DNA from: Chiloscyllium plagiosum
Lineage: Eukaryota
Assembly: GCF_004010195.1 (NCBI RefSeq)
Contig: NC_057718.1
Coordinates: 59,268,485 to 59,332,484 of the forward strand
Reading direction: 5' to 3'
DNA: 64,000 nt
Part shown: positions 13,034 to 24,857 of the stretch, in pieces
Position numbering within the stretch: position 1 is the stretch's first letter
Layout: every line of letters begins with the position of its first letter
Program-made: the position numbers and the translations under genes
Notes under the pieces: generated by a model
Seen by the model: only the letters and a program-made list of their open reading frames with translations
Databases searched by the model: none
What the model was told of the DNA's origin: nothing

Positions 13034-13877
13034 AAGATTTGAAGCTCAGATTGAGTTTCAGGTTGTAAGTTTGCTCACTGAGCTTGTTTTCAGACGTTTC
13101 ATCACCATACTAGGTAACATCATCAGTGAACCTCCGGTGAAGCGCTGGCATTCTGTCCCACTTTCTATTTAAGAGTCTTGGTCTCTGGAGGTGGGTGATA
13201 TCATTTCTGGTTCTTTTTCTCAGAGGTTGGTAAATGGGGTCCAAATCGATGTGTTTATTGATGGACTTCTGGTTTGAATGCCAGGCCTCTAGGAATTCCT
13301 GTGCAAGTCTCTGTTTAGCCTGTCCTAGTTTTCTCAAAGTCATGTCCTTCTTCATTCGTATATAAAGACAGTAGTGATAGTCGGTCATGTTTTTTGGTGG
13401 CCATTTGGTGTTCGTGTATCCTGGTGGCTAGTTTTCTGTCTGTCTGCCCGATGTAGTCTTTGTTACAGTCCCTGCAGGGTATTTTGTAAATGACATTCGT
13501 TTGGCTGTTTGTTGGTATAGGATCCTTTAGGTTCATCAGTAGCTGTTTCAGTGTGTTGGTAGGTTTGTCGGCTATCATGATGCCAAGGGTTCAGAGAAGT
13601 CTGGTAGTCATCTCTGAGATGTCTTCGATGTACTTTAGTGTGGCTAGAGTTTCAGGGCGTGTTGTGCATACTTGTTTGAGTTTGTTGTTTAAGAATTGGT
13701 AGACTGTGTTTATCGGGTAACTGTTCTTCCTGAATATGCTTTAGGCATTTTTCTTCTGTTGCTCCTAGTTCCTGGTTGCTGCAGTATGTTGTAGCCCATT
13801 AAGATAATGTTCTGATGCAGCTCCATTTGTGGGTCTTGCAATGATTGCTTCTGTAGTTAAATATCTGGTCTGTATGT
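13034..13877 (-). mobile_element. Penelope-like element 3' part with GIY-YIG endonuclease
   Basis: ORF 13315-13578 NVIYKIPCRDCNKDYIGQTDRKLATRIHEH; ORF 13110-13388 EFLEAWHS..SINKH. Confidence 0.95.
13089..13130 (-). ncRNA. Minimal type I hammerhead ribozyme motif
   Basis: Reverse complement TTCA-CTGATGA-T-GTTACC-TAGTAT-GGTGAT-GAAA-CGTC-TGAA; stem I TTCA/TGAA, stem II with G-U pairs. Confidence 0.8.
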
Positions 13878-14144
13878 GCTAAACAGGCTAAACAGAGACA
13901 CACACGGGAATTTCTAGAGGCCTGGCATTCAAACCAGAACTCTGTCAATGAACACATTGATTTGGACCCCACTTACCAACCTCTGAGAAAAAGAACCAGA
14001 AATGATATCACCCACCTTAACAGACCAAGACACATAAATAGAAAGTGGGACAGAACACCAGCGCTTTCCCGGAGACTCACTGATGATGTTGCCTAGCATG
14101 GTGATGAAATGTCTGGAACCAAACCTGCCAGCTCAGTGAGCAAA
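13878..14144 (+). repeat. Inverted partial pLTR of the Penelope element, with a second HHR at about 14077-14116
   Basis: Reverse complement of about 13069-13325; CTGATGA at 14080-14086 and GAAA-TGTC at 14106-14113. Confidence 0.9.
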
Positions 14145-14249
14145 TAGACACTTATACATTCGGGTGGGAATCATGACTTCAATACTTACATGTGTTTTCT
14201 GAGGAGACTTAAGTGGGAATAACTTCAGAATAAGATATTATAACATTTT

Positions 14250-14543
14250 GGGTGGCACAGTGGCTCAGTAGTTAGCACTGCTGCTTTACAGTGCTAGGGA
14301 CCTGGGTTCAATTCCACCTCTGGGTGACTGTATGTGTGGAGTTTGCACGTTCTCCCTGTATCTACATGAGTTTCCACTGAGTTCCTCTGAGTCTGCTCTG
14401 AGTTCTTGCCATAGTCGAAAGCTGTACAGCCTAGACGAACTGCCATGGGGAATGTAAAGTGATGGGTGGGATGCTGGTTAGAGAGCTGGCATGCACTCAA
14501 TAGGCCAAATTGCCTGCTTCCACACTATAGGGATTCTGTGATT
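14250..14543 (+). mobile_element. HE1-type V-SINE
   Basis: tRNA-like head (A box tggctcagtagtt, B box ggttcaattcc), V-domain, HER1-like tail. Confidence 0.9.
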
Positions 14544-15183
14544 TAAATTGAAAAGGAGTGAGTGAATTGATTCATGAATCAAATTTACAGATAGTAATAA
14601 TTCTGATCTGAATTGATCATATCCTCACATGTTAAAAGGTACAGTTTTGGTATTATACCTGTGAAAACTGACCAATCAGCTGAATAGAAATTTGGAAGAA
14701 CAACAGAAGAGTTTAGGATTAAAAGTTATGAAATTACACTAACAGTGCAAACTTTGTTTTTGCTGAAGGAAAACTAAAGATTGATATGATACAGTTCTTT
14801 AAAATGTTTAGATAAATAATGATTTAAGCAGGCCATGATCAGAGGACTGTAAAACATCAAGTAGGATCAAGCGAGGTCAGAGATTCGGAGATTAATTTTC
14901 ACCTCAAAGAATTACAAAATATGGAAAAGATTCCCAACAGGAAAGGTGAATGTTGCATTAATTCACAGACAGAGCTTGAAAATAACAGAAGATATTACGA
15001 TTATGGTAAAGATGCAGTTGCTCCCACTCATCTGTGGTTTGGTGGAAAAAAAACACATTTTGTTGCTAGCCAATGCAACATACTTTCTTTCTGAGCTTGA
15101 CTAATGCAATCCAATATTGCCAAATCTATTCCTTTCACATTTCTTTATCAGCAAACCACACTGCATTGATAAGTAATGTTTCT

Positions 15184-15460
15184 GTCAGCTTGATTCAGTG
15201 GTTGCTCTCTCACCTTTGAAATAGAATGTGGAGGGTTCAAGTCCCACTGCAGGCCTTGTCGACATAATCTGAACAGGAAGTGCAGTGTTGCCAGAGATAC
15301 TGTCTTTCAGGTGAGACATTAAGCCAAGGTCCACACTGCCTGTTTTGGTGGGAGTAAAAGATCAATTTGGACAGTTTATAAAGAAAGCAGTGGAGTTCTC
15401 CTGATGCATCCCAATTAACATTAGAAAAACAAATTGGGGATAGAGTCTTATCTGCCATCT
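15184..15460 (+). mobile_element. Deu-domain SINE (SacSINE1/AmnSINE-like), 5' part
   Basis: tRNA-like head (ggttcaagtccc) followed by Deu-like tgtctttcaggtgagacattaagccaagg..gtaaaagatc..ggagttctcc. Confidence 0.75.
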
Positions 15461-15832
15461 TGCAAGCCAGCACAAACCTGCCGTAATCTTTGCAAGAAAC
15501 TCTTGTATACCACTCACAAACTTAACAGAGCAGCATTCAAAGTCCCTCTCTTCAGGAACTACCAGTTAATCAGTGGCCAATAGCTCCTCTGTACTCAGCA
15601 GTGCCACTGGGGAAGCAGTAGCTGCTTCCAGGACAAGACCACCCAAGGCCCCGGATCAAGGAAGATTTTGAGAAAGAGGAATGCTCAGGGAAAGTTTGAC
15701 AGGGGGTACAGAGGAAGATGTTGGAAACAAGTGCAGGGGTTGTCACTTTCATTCCCTGCATCTCTCAGTCACTGCACCCCACATGACAAGAACCACCGCA
15801 CCCCCCCCCCCCCCCCCACAACTCCCTCATTT

Positions 15833-16212
15833 CATTAGATTAGATTCCCTACAGTGTGGAAACAGGCCCTTTGGCCCAACAAGTCTTACTGATGATGGGA
15901 TCTTGCCGTATACGGAGTAGCTGCCGCAATAACAATGACAACACTTCAAAAGTAATTAATTGGTGGTCACGTCCAAAGATTTGCAGATTATGTGGATTGG
16001 CCATGCTAAATTGCCCATAGTGACCAAGAATGTGTAGGTTGGGTGGATTAGCCCTGAGAAATGCGGGCTTATAGAGATGGTGCTGGTGGTGAGGGGCTGG
16101 GGATGGCGGGGTTGGAGGGTGCAGGTGCAGGGCGTCTGGGTGGGATGCTTTTTGGAGAGTCAGTGTGGACTTGTTGGGCCAAATGGCCTGATTCCACACT
16201 AGAGATTCTATA
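15833..16212. mobile_element. SINE cluster: HE1 tail (-, 15833-15885), Deu-SINE 3' part (+, about 15886-15963), HE1 3' half (+, about 15970-16212)
   Basis: Matches to the other HE1 copies; gggatcttgc..gctgccgc..acacttcaaaagta resembles the Deu-SINE 3' region. Confidence 0.7.
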
Positions 16213-17844
16213 AACAAAAGTAGTTTTGGGAAATCCTGAAAAAAACATATTCCATGTCTGCAAGTTTTTTTGTATTCTTTTCATGAAAGTATACTCACAT
16301 GATTTGTTAAATCTTGAATAAGCAACTAACATGTTTTTTAGATGGTTAAAATTATTTTGATTAAATTTTGAATTAAAATGTTTAGAGAGTATTAAAATTA
16401 TATATGAGCAATCATATTGAAACTCTAAATTATATAAAAGTCATTGATTTCCATTTTATAATTGTGCAATGCTTTTCTTAATTCAGTAGGTGCCAAATTA
16501 TTTTTGTTATGTTACAATCGAGTATGAATAGCAAACAGAAAATGTTATTACAGATGTATTATATGAATCCAATGAGCAATAACAAGCAACAGTTTTTTCA
16601 TTATTGAGGCAACTGCTAAGTGGTAATAAACATTCATTTTTGCCATTTGGAGAAATCGCTGAAAAGAATTCACTTTTTCTAGCCCTAAATGTACCCAAAA
16701 GCCTGAGGCAATAGAAACACAGGAACCCTGAGCCAAGTATTATTGAGACAGATTCATAAATGAATGACGACGGGATGCCTAGCTCCTACCAAGAAAACAA
16801 GATGCTGTGAGCAGTACTGAACACCCGCATCTAAAATGGCCCACCTCAGGGTACAAATTGCTTGTTTCTTAAGTCATGTTGTGCTGACCACCCAATTAGA
16901 TCAGCCAATCAACCAGAATAAGCTATACTTACACTGGAACTCTACAGTCATTCTGTGTGTATGTGCAATGAGTGGAGTCTGAGTCATTTGTATATAATTT
17001 CAGTTTAATATGAGAGCACAGAAAATGTTATTAGGAAGATGGAGTCACAATCTTAGTTGAGAAGTGTCTCATTTCTCATTTGTCATGGTTTGCTCTCACC
17101 TCTCACTTAAACTTTGAAGTAACATTGTTTGATATCAGTGTACATATGTCATTGAACTGTTTATTTTACACAGGTCAGCGCTTACACTATGATGGCAAAC
17201 AAGGGATTTTCATGTGAAGCCATAAAGCATTCATACACTAAACCCACACAACATGATATCAATTGTTAATTTGTTTTCAATTCCAGAATTCCCCTTAAAT
17301 TTTTATACGGTGGAATTAAAGCTAAATTAAAGTAAACAACATGATATCTGTGTTGCTCTTTTTTTACACACATTATTCCCCTTTTCATTTGATTACAAAT
17401 ATCTCCTTTGTGATTTCTGATTCAAAATGAATGAACTTATTTTCATTGCCAGTTAATAGGGCTAAAACACAAAGCAATTTTAAAAAGTGAAGCAGCATAC
17501 AAACTTAGATTTCTACCTTATTACCTTAACACAGTCTTAACATTAGTGCTGTTATAGAAATATTACATTCAGCTTTGCATTGTTCATGCTACCTATGACA
17601 ATTGTGTACACCACATTACAACACAGAAAGTATTTAGCTTCTGCAGACCATGTTACAATGATGGTCAGTGTATTTTTCTATTCTACATTTGGACATTTAG
17701 AAAAAAAAAACAAGACGTTTACTTTTATATCCATTATTACCCAGCACAAGAAAATGAATCTACACACGTTTGTAACAAGATCTAATGCCTCACAAAGTTG
17801 ATACCAGTTATAGATAAAAGTGTTTTAAAAAAAACTTGGAACAT

Positions 17845-18450
17845 TTGCACTCGAGAAGGTGCAGAGAACATTCAACAAGATGCTTCCTAGATTGGGGTGA
17901 TTCAGCTATGAGGGGAAACTAGATAGACTGGGGTTGTTTACCTTGAAGCAGAGAAGGCTGATTGAGATGTCCAGAGTTTTGACAGGCATAGACAGGGTAG
18001 ATAGGGAGAAACTTTAGCCTTTAAAAGAGGGATGAATAACCAGGGGGCACCGTTTTAAGGTAAGGAGCAGAACGTTTAGAGGAGATTTGAGGAAAAATAT
18101 CTTCACCTAGAGTGTGGTGGATATCTGGAATTCACTGCCTAAAGGATGGTAGAAGCAGGAACCCTCAAGACATTTAAGAAATATTTAGATGAGCAGTTGA
18201 AATGTCATTGCATACAAGACAATGGGAGGGTTCTTGTGGTGTAGTGGTAGTGCCCTATCTCTGAATAAGAGGCCTGGGTTCAAGTCCCACCTGCTGCCGA
18301 GGTGTGTCGTAACAATTCTGAACAGGTTGATGAAAAATATCTACAAGGCCATGGGCCAAGTGTTGGAAAAAGCAAGTAGAAAAGATAAATACTTGATAAG
18401 CAGTATAGAACCAGGGGCTAAAGGATCTTATTTCATGCTGTACACATTCT
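17845..18450 (+). mobile_element. CR1 3' fragment interrupted by a short SINE
   Basis: ALEKVQRTFNKML.. motif and CR1 3' region. Confidence 0.85.
18227..18341 (+). mobile_element. Short tRNA-derived SINE, about 115 bp
   Basis: A box tggtgtagtgg, B box ggttcaagtccc; flanked by tacaagacaatggg / tacaaggccatggg; related copies near 37905 and 61365. Confidence 0.75.
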
Positions 18451-18969
18451 ATGAGTTGATTAATAGTGGGGAAAACAGCCCGGCTCAGAGCTTTCCCTGA
18501 ATCTTGGTTTGCATCTATACTGTTACAACCAGCCAATACTCCATAAGGAATTTAAACATATTGAGAACATATGTGCCAGTTTAACACTCTCATTCTTTTA
18601 ATCACTCTCAGATTGATGAGCCACAAGGGTAGTTGTTATGCTCCTTTGTGGGAATGGAAGTCTAGTTCAAGTATTCGTAACTTTTCTGGTCTTGACTTTG
18701 TATTTACTAAGATAATAAAAGCAATTTTTAAGCAACATAAAAGTTCTTTCCATAATAATCCGTTACTTTACAATTTTGATTCAGACATTAAGAATAATTT
18801 AATGTGCATCAAAAAGACTTTCTATTTTGTGACAGACTGACATGACTGTGAGTGTTTTATACATTTTCCCTCAAAGTTAGAGGCAGATGGTTATATGATT
18901 GGGCAGGAAGATGGCAGATAGCAAGCCTGCCACCTTTCCCCCTGCTCTGATTAACTCCAGAACGTGATG

Positions 18970-19222
18970 ATGTGGAGCTGCTGGTGTTGGACTGGGGTGG
19001 GCAAAGCCCAAAATCACATTACACCAGATTATAGTCCTAAAGATTTATTTGAAATTTGGAGCGACATTCTTTCATCAGTGCAGTGAAAGAGGGCATCTTT
19101 GATCTCTCAGCTATAAACTCTATGCCGGTGTGCCCTCTCTCTCTGCACCTGCACTCCGAAAGCTTGTGAATTCAAATAAACCTATTGGGCAATAACTTGG
19201 TATTGCGTGATTTTTGACTTTG
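18970..19222. mobile_element. Palindromic PLE-end-like element with HHR relics
   Basis: Arms 19003-19055 and 19170-19221 are reverse complements; CTGATGA on the minus strand near 19072-19078, ctccGAAAgctt on the plus strand near 19154. Confidence 0.6.
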
Positions 19223-20023
19223 GCTCAAATGTGCTGGCTTATTGACAAACGTCCCACCCAGTCTCAAATGGAGGTCCTTTGATGGCTAATTAATATTCAT
19301 TAATAAATAATGTATGTAAACAGAGGACATACCATACAAAAAGTCCAAAAAGGCAAAGCCTCTTCAGGTTGCTTGTGGGCTTCTGCCAGTTTGGGGGAGG
19401 AATGGGGCCCTCAGTGTCTGATCAAAAGACACAGCATTAAGGAGTTTGAGTGCTTTCTGAGAGTTGTCCTCCTGGCCTTTTGCTGCTAAAACCCCCCTGC
19501 CCGGTGGTCCTCACCCTGTCCTCTTGATCCTGAGACTCTGGTAGGTGCATTACCAGGTAATGCCACTGCTCCTCCAATGGTACTGCTTTTCTCTATTGAC
19601 CAGCAGCTCTTGGGCAGCAAATTTCCCAAATGTGGTATGCCTTCTTGAAAGGAAAGGGCTCTTGGCATCTTTCCAGCTGGTGGGTAAGATTCCCATCACC
19701 TGCATTAAATATCAGTCCATTAGTGAATTTGATGGTCATCACTAGCAGGGCTAATATGTGAAACTATTGGGTCAAAAATTGTCATTTAATGCTGCCTTGG
19801 TCTCACAATGTTATAACTAAAACTAAATTGTTCTGTTTCAGAAAAGTTACTATTTTTATACATACTGTTCCTTTTTTGATAATGAAATTTGCTGCAGAAA
19901 GGCAATTCTTCAGGCTTAATAATATTTTGTGTCACGTGCTGCTCAAAATGTGAGCTGATAATCTCTCAGCAACAGTATCCAGGAATTTGTGAACTGTACA
20001 ATAATTAAAACTAGGTAGATCCT

Positions 20024-20118
20024 TAGTCAAGAGTGTGGTGCTGGAAAAGCACAGCAGGTCTGGCAGCATCTGAGGAGCAGGAGAACCAATGTTTCGGGCA
20101 AAGGCCCTTCATCAGCAA
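20024..20118 (-). mobile_element. Short PLE-derived HHR element
   Basis: Reverse complement CTGATGA-A-GGGCCTTTGCCC-GAAA-CATT plus the family tail. Confidence 0.85.
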
Positions 20119-20541
20119 TGAGCATATTATCTCCTTAACCAATCAGGTTGGAGGATTGTGAAATAAACCAGACAATGATTAACATGGAAGTCTATGTTAG
20201 AGCAAATTCAACATCAAATCTGGTACAGAATGAAAATGTTTCTTAATGAGTCTTTGTGGGGCATGTTAATAAAATTGAGTTCAAAACACTGCAACACATT
20301 CTATCAGAGATCAGGAAGCTATCTGAACATGCCCTGTGACTAAATATATCTTAATCGATCACACTAAGGAATCATGAATAAACAGTGCAGAATCTGAAAC
20401 AGGAAGTGTCCCAAGGAATATTGAACTCAATGTCAAATAAAGAACAAAAGAGAGGGAAAGGAAAATGGGAGCAAGAGAGACAACAGAAACAGAAGAGAAT
20501 AATATTCAACAATAATTAAAATCTGAATAAATAAATTGGAT

Positions 20542-20838
20542 TATCTACAGTGTGGAAACAGGCCATTCAGCCCAACAAGTCCACACCAACCCTCCGAAGG
20601 GTAGCCCACCCAGACCCATTTTCATCTGAATGATGCACCTAACACTATGGGAATTTAGCATGGCCAATTCACCTGACTTGCATATCTTTGAGTTGTGGGA
20701 GGATAGTGGAGCACCTGGAAGAAACCCACACAAACATGGGGAGAATGTGCAAACTCCACACAGTCATCCAAGGTGGGAATTGAACCTGGGTCCCAGGCGT
20801 TATGAGGCAGCAGTGCTAACCACTGAGCCACTGTGCCA
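20542..20838 (-). mobile_element. HE1-type V-SINE
   Basis: Full head, V-domain and tail; similar to 48121-48433. Confidence 0.92.
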
Positions 20839-21329
20839 ACATAATATGGGTTGATGTTTGATAAAATCATTTTTCAGTGTTAAAGATGTTGGTTGGTAGC
20901 ATATGGCTAAAATAATATTTGAACTGAAATGCCCAACACAACTTTGTGAGGCAAGGTTAGTCTGTAGTTACCATGCCAAGTACAGGAAGTCTACATTGTT
21001 TAATACTTTTAAATAGGGGACAGAAAGGTCTGATCAGTTTTGCACAGTTAATGTCAGAGCACAACATCTTGAACGACTTCTCAAATTTCATATTTAACTG
21101 CATTTATCTCAACTTGCTGTCTGATTTATGCATAAAACATGATGCGCACTATAGAATACACCTTATTTTTGCCTCAGATCCAGACTATTGAGAGGGAAAG
21201 GAAAAGTGTCTTAAGGGAAAGACAAAAAAAGGGAAAATGATAGATTTTGCATTTTTAAAACCTCCAACAACTATTATATTCTGAAGGCCAAAAACGACAC
21301 CTGCGATTATTAAGTTTCAGCGCCTTTTG

Positions 21330-22720
21330 TTTTTTATTGATTGATAGGATGTGGTCATTGCTGGCTTTGCTCCCTAATTGCCTTGAGTGGGTGCTGGGCA
21401 GCTACCTTCTTGAATTTCTGTAGTCCTTAGGATGTAGGGACACACACTGTGCTGTTGGGAGGGTAGTCCCAGGATTTTGACACAGTGACACTGAAGGAAC
21501 AGCAATTGATTATCAAATCAGGATGGTCTGTGTCATGGAAGGGAATCTGCAGGTGATGGTGTTCCCAAGCATCTGCTCTCTTTGTCTTCCTAGGTGATAG
21601 GGTCATAGGTTTGGAAGGTGCTGTCAAAGAAGCCTGTGAGGTATCTCAGTACATTTCATAAATGATACACACTGGTGCCCTTGTGTGTTGGTGGTGAATG
21701 GTGTGAGTGTCTAAGGTGGCAGACGGGGAGCCCATCCATTGGGCTGATTGGTTTCAGATGATGTCATGCCTTTTGAAGTTTATGACCTGCACCCATTCAG
21801 GAAATGGGAAGCATTCCTTCATATTCCTGACTTGTGCCTTGTGGAAAGGTTTGGGATTTAGGAAATGAGCTATTTGCTGCAGAATTCCTAGCCTCTGACA
21901 TATTCTTGTGCTCATGGTACTTATATGGCTAATCCAATTTAGTCTCTGGCCAGTATTAACTCCTAGGATATTCAGAGTAGCGGATTCAGTGATTGCACTG
22001 CTAAGAGAAGGTTAGATTCTTTCTTGTATGAAATGTTCATTGCGTCACGGTTATGTGGCATGAATCTTTTTGCCAATTACCGGCACAAGCCTTAATGTTG
22101 TCTTGGTCCTGTTGCACAACATACTTCTTTTGTGCCAGGTGTCATACCGACCAATGGAGACTTTTCTCCTGATTCTCTTTGACTGGAGTTTTATTAAGGT
22201 TCCTTGAGGTCATCTCATTCAAAGACTGCCTTGATCTCAAGGGCTGTCACTCACACTTCCTTTCTGAGTTCATCTCTTTTGTTAATTTGGAAGCCAAGCT
22301 TGTAATGAAGTCAGATGCTGAGTGGGCGCGGTGAAACTTAAACTGGGTGTCAGTGAGCAGATTGTTGTTCAGTAAGTGCACTTTGCAGCATTCTCAATGA
22401 TGACTTCCATTACATTGCCAATGGTTGAGAGTAGAGTGATGAGCAGTCATTGTCCAGTTTGAGTTCACCCTGCTTTTGTAGACAGAACATATTGAGGCAA
22501 TGTTTCTCATTGCTAGATAGATGCCAATGTTGTAACAATACTAAAATAGCTTAGCTAGGGGTGGGGCTAGATTTGGAATATATTTTCAGTACTGTTAGTT
22601 GAATATTGTAAGAGCCCACAGCTTTTACAGTATCCAGTGTTTTTAGCCATTTCTTGATATCTTGTGGAGTGTATTGAGTTGACTGTTGACTAGCAACTCT
22701 AATGCTACAGACCTCAATAG
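21330..22720 (-). mobile_element. Old LINE (CR1/L2 group) fragment
   Basis: Same family as 46195-46856 in the opposite orientation; decayed RT (LDIKAVF.. near 22215-22245). Confidence 0.7.
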
Positions 22721-23382
22721 CAGGTCAAATTGAATCAAGTACTCAACACTTCTGGTTTCACCATTAGCAGCAAATTGTAGACCAATTTGTCTTAAATTTG
22801 TGGTTAGCTTATAGCTATTAATACTTACAATATATGGCAAAAGCTATCATTTTTCAATGTAAAATGACAAACTATTTCTGAAACAGATGCACAACTAAGC
22901 CACCTTAAACCAATCCCATCCTGTTTCAGAAAGAAACTGTACTAGTAAATGCACTTCAATCTTCTCAGATGAAAAGGATGGTAGAATAATCTGTTGTAGA
23001 ACAATATCTCTCTTTGGAAAGAAACTTGGAAGTTATTTAGAAGTGTGCCATCATTCAGAACAAATGTAAATAAGACCAAGAATTCTGAATGTAAATATGG
23101 AGCTCGATTCTTGGTTCTAGGAATGCCAATAGCAATATTACTTGCAGCCATTTTATTACAGTAATCTTTCAGAGTTTCAAAGATGTAACAGAGGTAGCTA
23201 CTTTTAAATTGTTCTGAGACTCGGCAAGATGGCAGTGATTCTGTAGAACTGCTGTGAACAGCTCTGCCTAACAGCCAAGACATACTGGTGTTTTTTTACC
23301 ATCCCTGGCCAACTTATGTGGTGGAATTATTAGTTTAAAGCCTTACAATACACATATTTGATAATATTGGGGAGTGGGAAGG

Positions 23383-24244
23383 ATGCCAAAGAGAAAAGGA
23401 GCGAGCAAGCAGCAGCAGGGAGGACACTGCCCTGCAGCACCAGGCATACCAGAGACTGCAGCAGCAGCAGCCTCTCCTGAACCCCCCGGGGACCTGACAG
23501 ACTCACAGGAATTGGCAACGGCAATGAAGAGACTTACCTTGAAAGTTGGGGCTACGATTGAGGAGATCCGTGGGGAGGTTTGTGCCCAGGTCCAACCTAT
23601 CGCATCCATGCTGCAGAAGCCTGAGCAGGAGATCTAGGGCCTCGGAAAGTGGCTGGAGGAGGTGGAGAGTCGAACAAAGGCCTCGGAAGCTGCGATGGAG
23701 TCGGATCCAGGTGCTGGAGGGAGAGGTTCAGGCCTTGCGAGACCATATCTACCATCTCAAAAATTGAGGTTGGAGGATAAATCTCCGAATTTTCGAGCTC
23801 CCTGAAGGTGAGGAAGGTGAGCAGCCAGTGAGCTTCTTTGAAAGCTGGCTGCTGAAGGTTTTGGGCCTTCACATCAAGTCTAGCAGGCTTCAGATTGAAA
23901 GGGCGTATCGGGTTACAGTCAGGCCCAGTGCAGCATCCCCGCTCAGTCCTAGTGCACTTCCACTCATACAAGGACAAGCAAAAAGTCTTAGAAGCTTCCA
24001 GATCCCTGGGAAAAGATCTGCATGCACTGCTGTACAAGGGGTCAAAAATCATGTTTTTCCAGGATTTTTCAGTAGTGTAATTTGAAAGAGGAAGTCCTTC
24101 GATGAAGTTAAAAAGAGGCTGAGGAACCTGGGCATCCAGTACTCCATGAGATACCTCGCAGTGCTCTGTTTCAGCCACGAGGACTCAGTTTATACATTTA
24201 ACTCAGCGGATAAGGCTAAAAACTTTGTTGACACTTTAAAATAG
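23383..24244 (+). pseudogene. L1 ORF1 (Transposase_22-like RNA-binding protein), broken by stops and frameshifts
   Basis: Coiled-coil segment, NLRIF.LPEGEEG, IERAYR, PRSVLVHFHSYKDKQKVL, KIMFFQDFS. Confidence 0.85.
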
Positions 24245-24857
24245 ATGGATTGGCCTGGAGAATAAGGTTAATGTTTGTTCTCTTTTCTATCTTTCTCCAT
24301 GTTTACCCATCCTTTTTTTATTCCTTTCTTTCTCCCTAATAATTTCCTTTTTGGAAAGAGGGAAAAAGACCTTGGAATAAGTTGTTCTTTTTTTTAATAC
24401 CTGGATTTTCTGATGGAAAATTTTGTAGATGTTCTTTGTTGTCTCTTCCCCTTTTTTTTGATTGTTCTGCTTCTCTTTTAGTCACAAGTCGGGGTGACAT
24501 GAAGCCAGGGATGGGTGGAGTGCTCATCCTGACTTTGCCTTTTTTCTGTTGATTTCAGGATCATGTCCTTGTATTTTTTCTGGCCTAAGGCTGGGACACA
24601 GTCCAGGTTTGAAGGAGCTGTGAAGGAAGGGATGTGTAGGGTGAGTGCCCCCTCTGGGCAGATGGAAGAGTCTTCCATTCAAGGTTTTATAGTTGATTTT
24701 CTTTGTAGCTTTTTCTTAGTAATAGTCGTTTATAGTTATGACAGAGTTTTTTTTGTATATATAGTTCTTCGACTCTGTGAGTCTTTATTTACTTATGCTC
24801 GGCGCTTTGTAAGCAGGGTTCTCCCTCCAAGGGTTTCAAGGTTCTCTGAAAGGGGAT

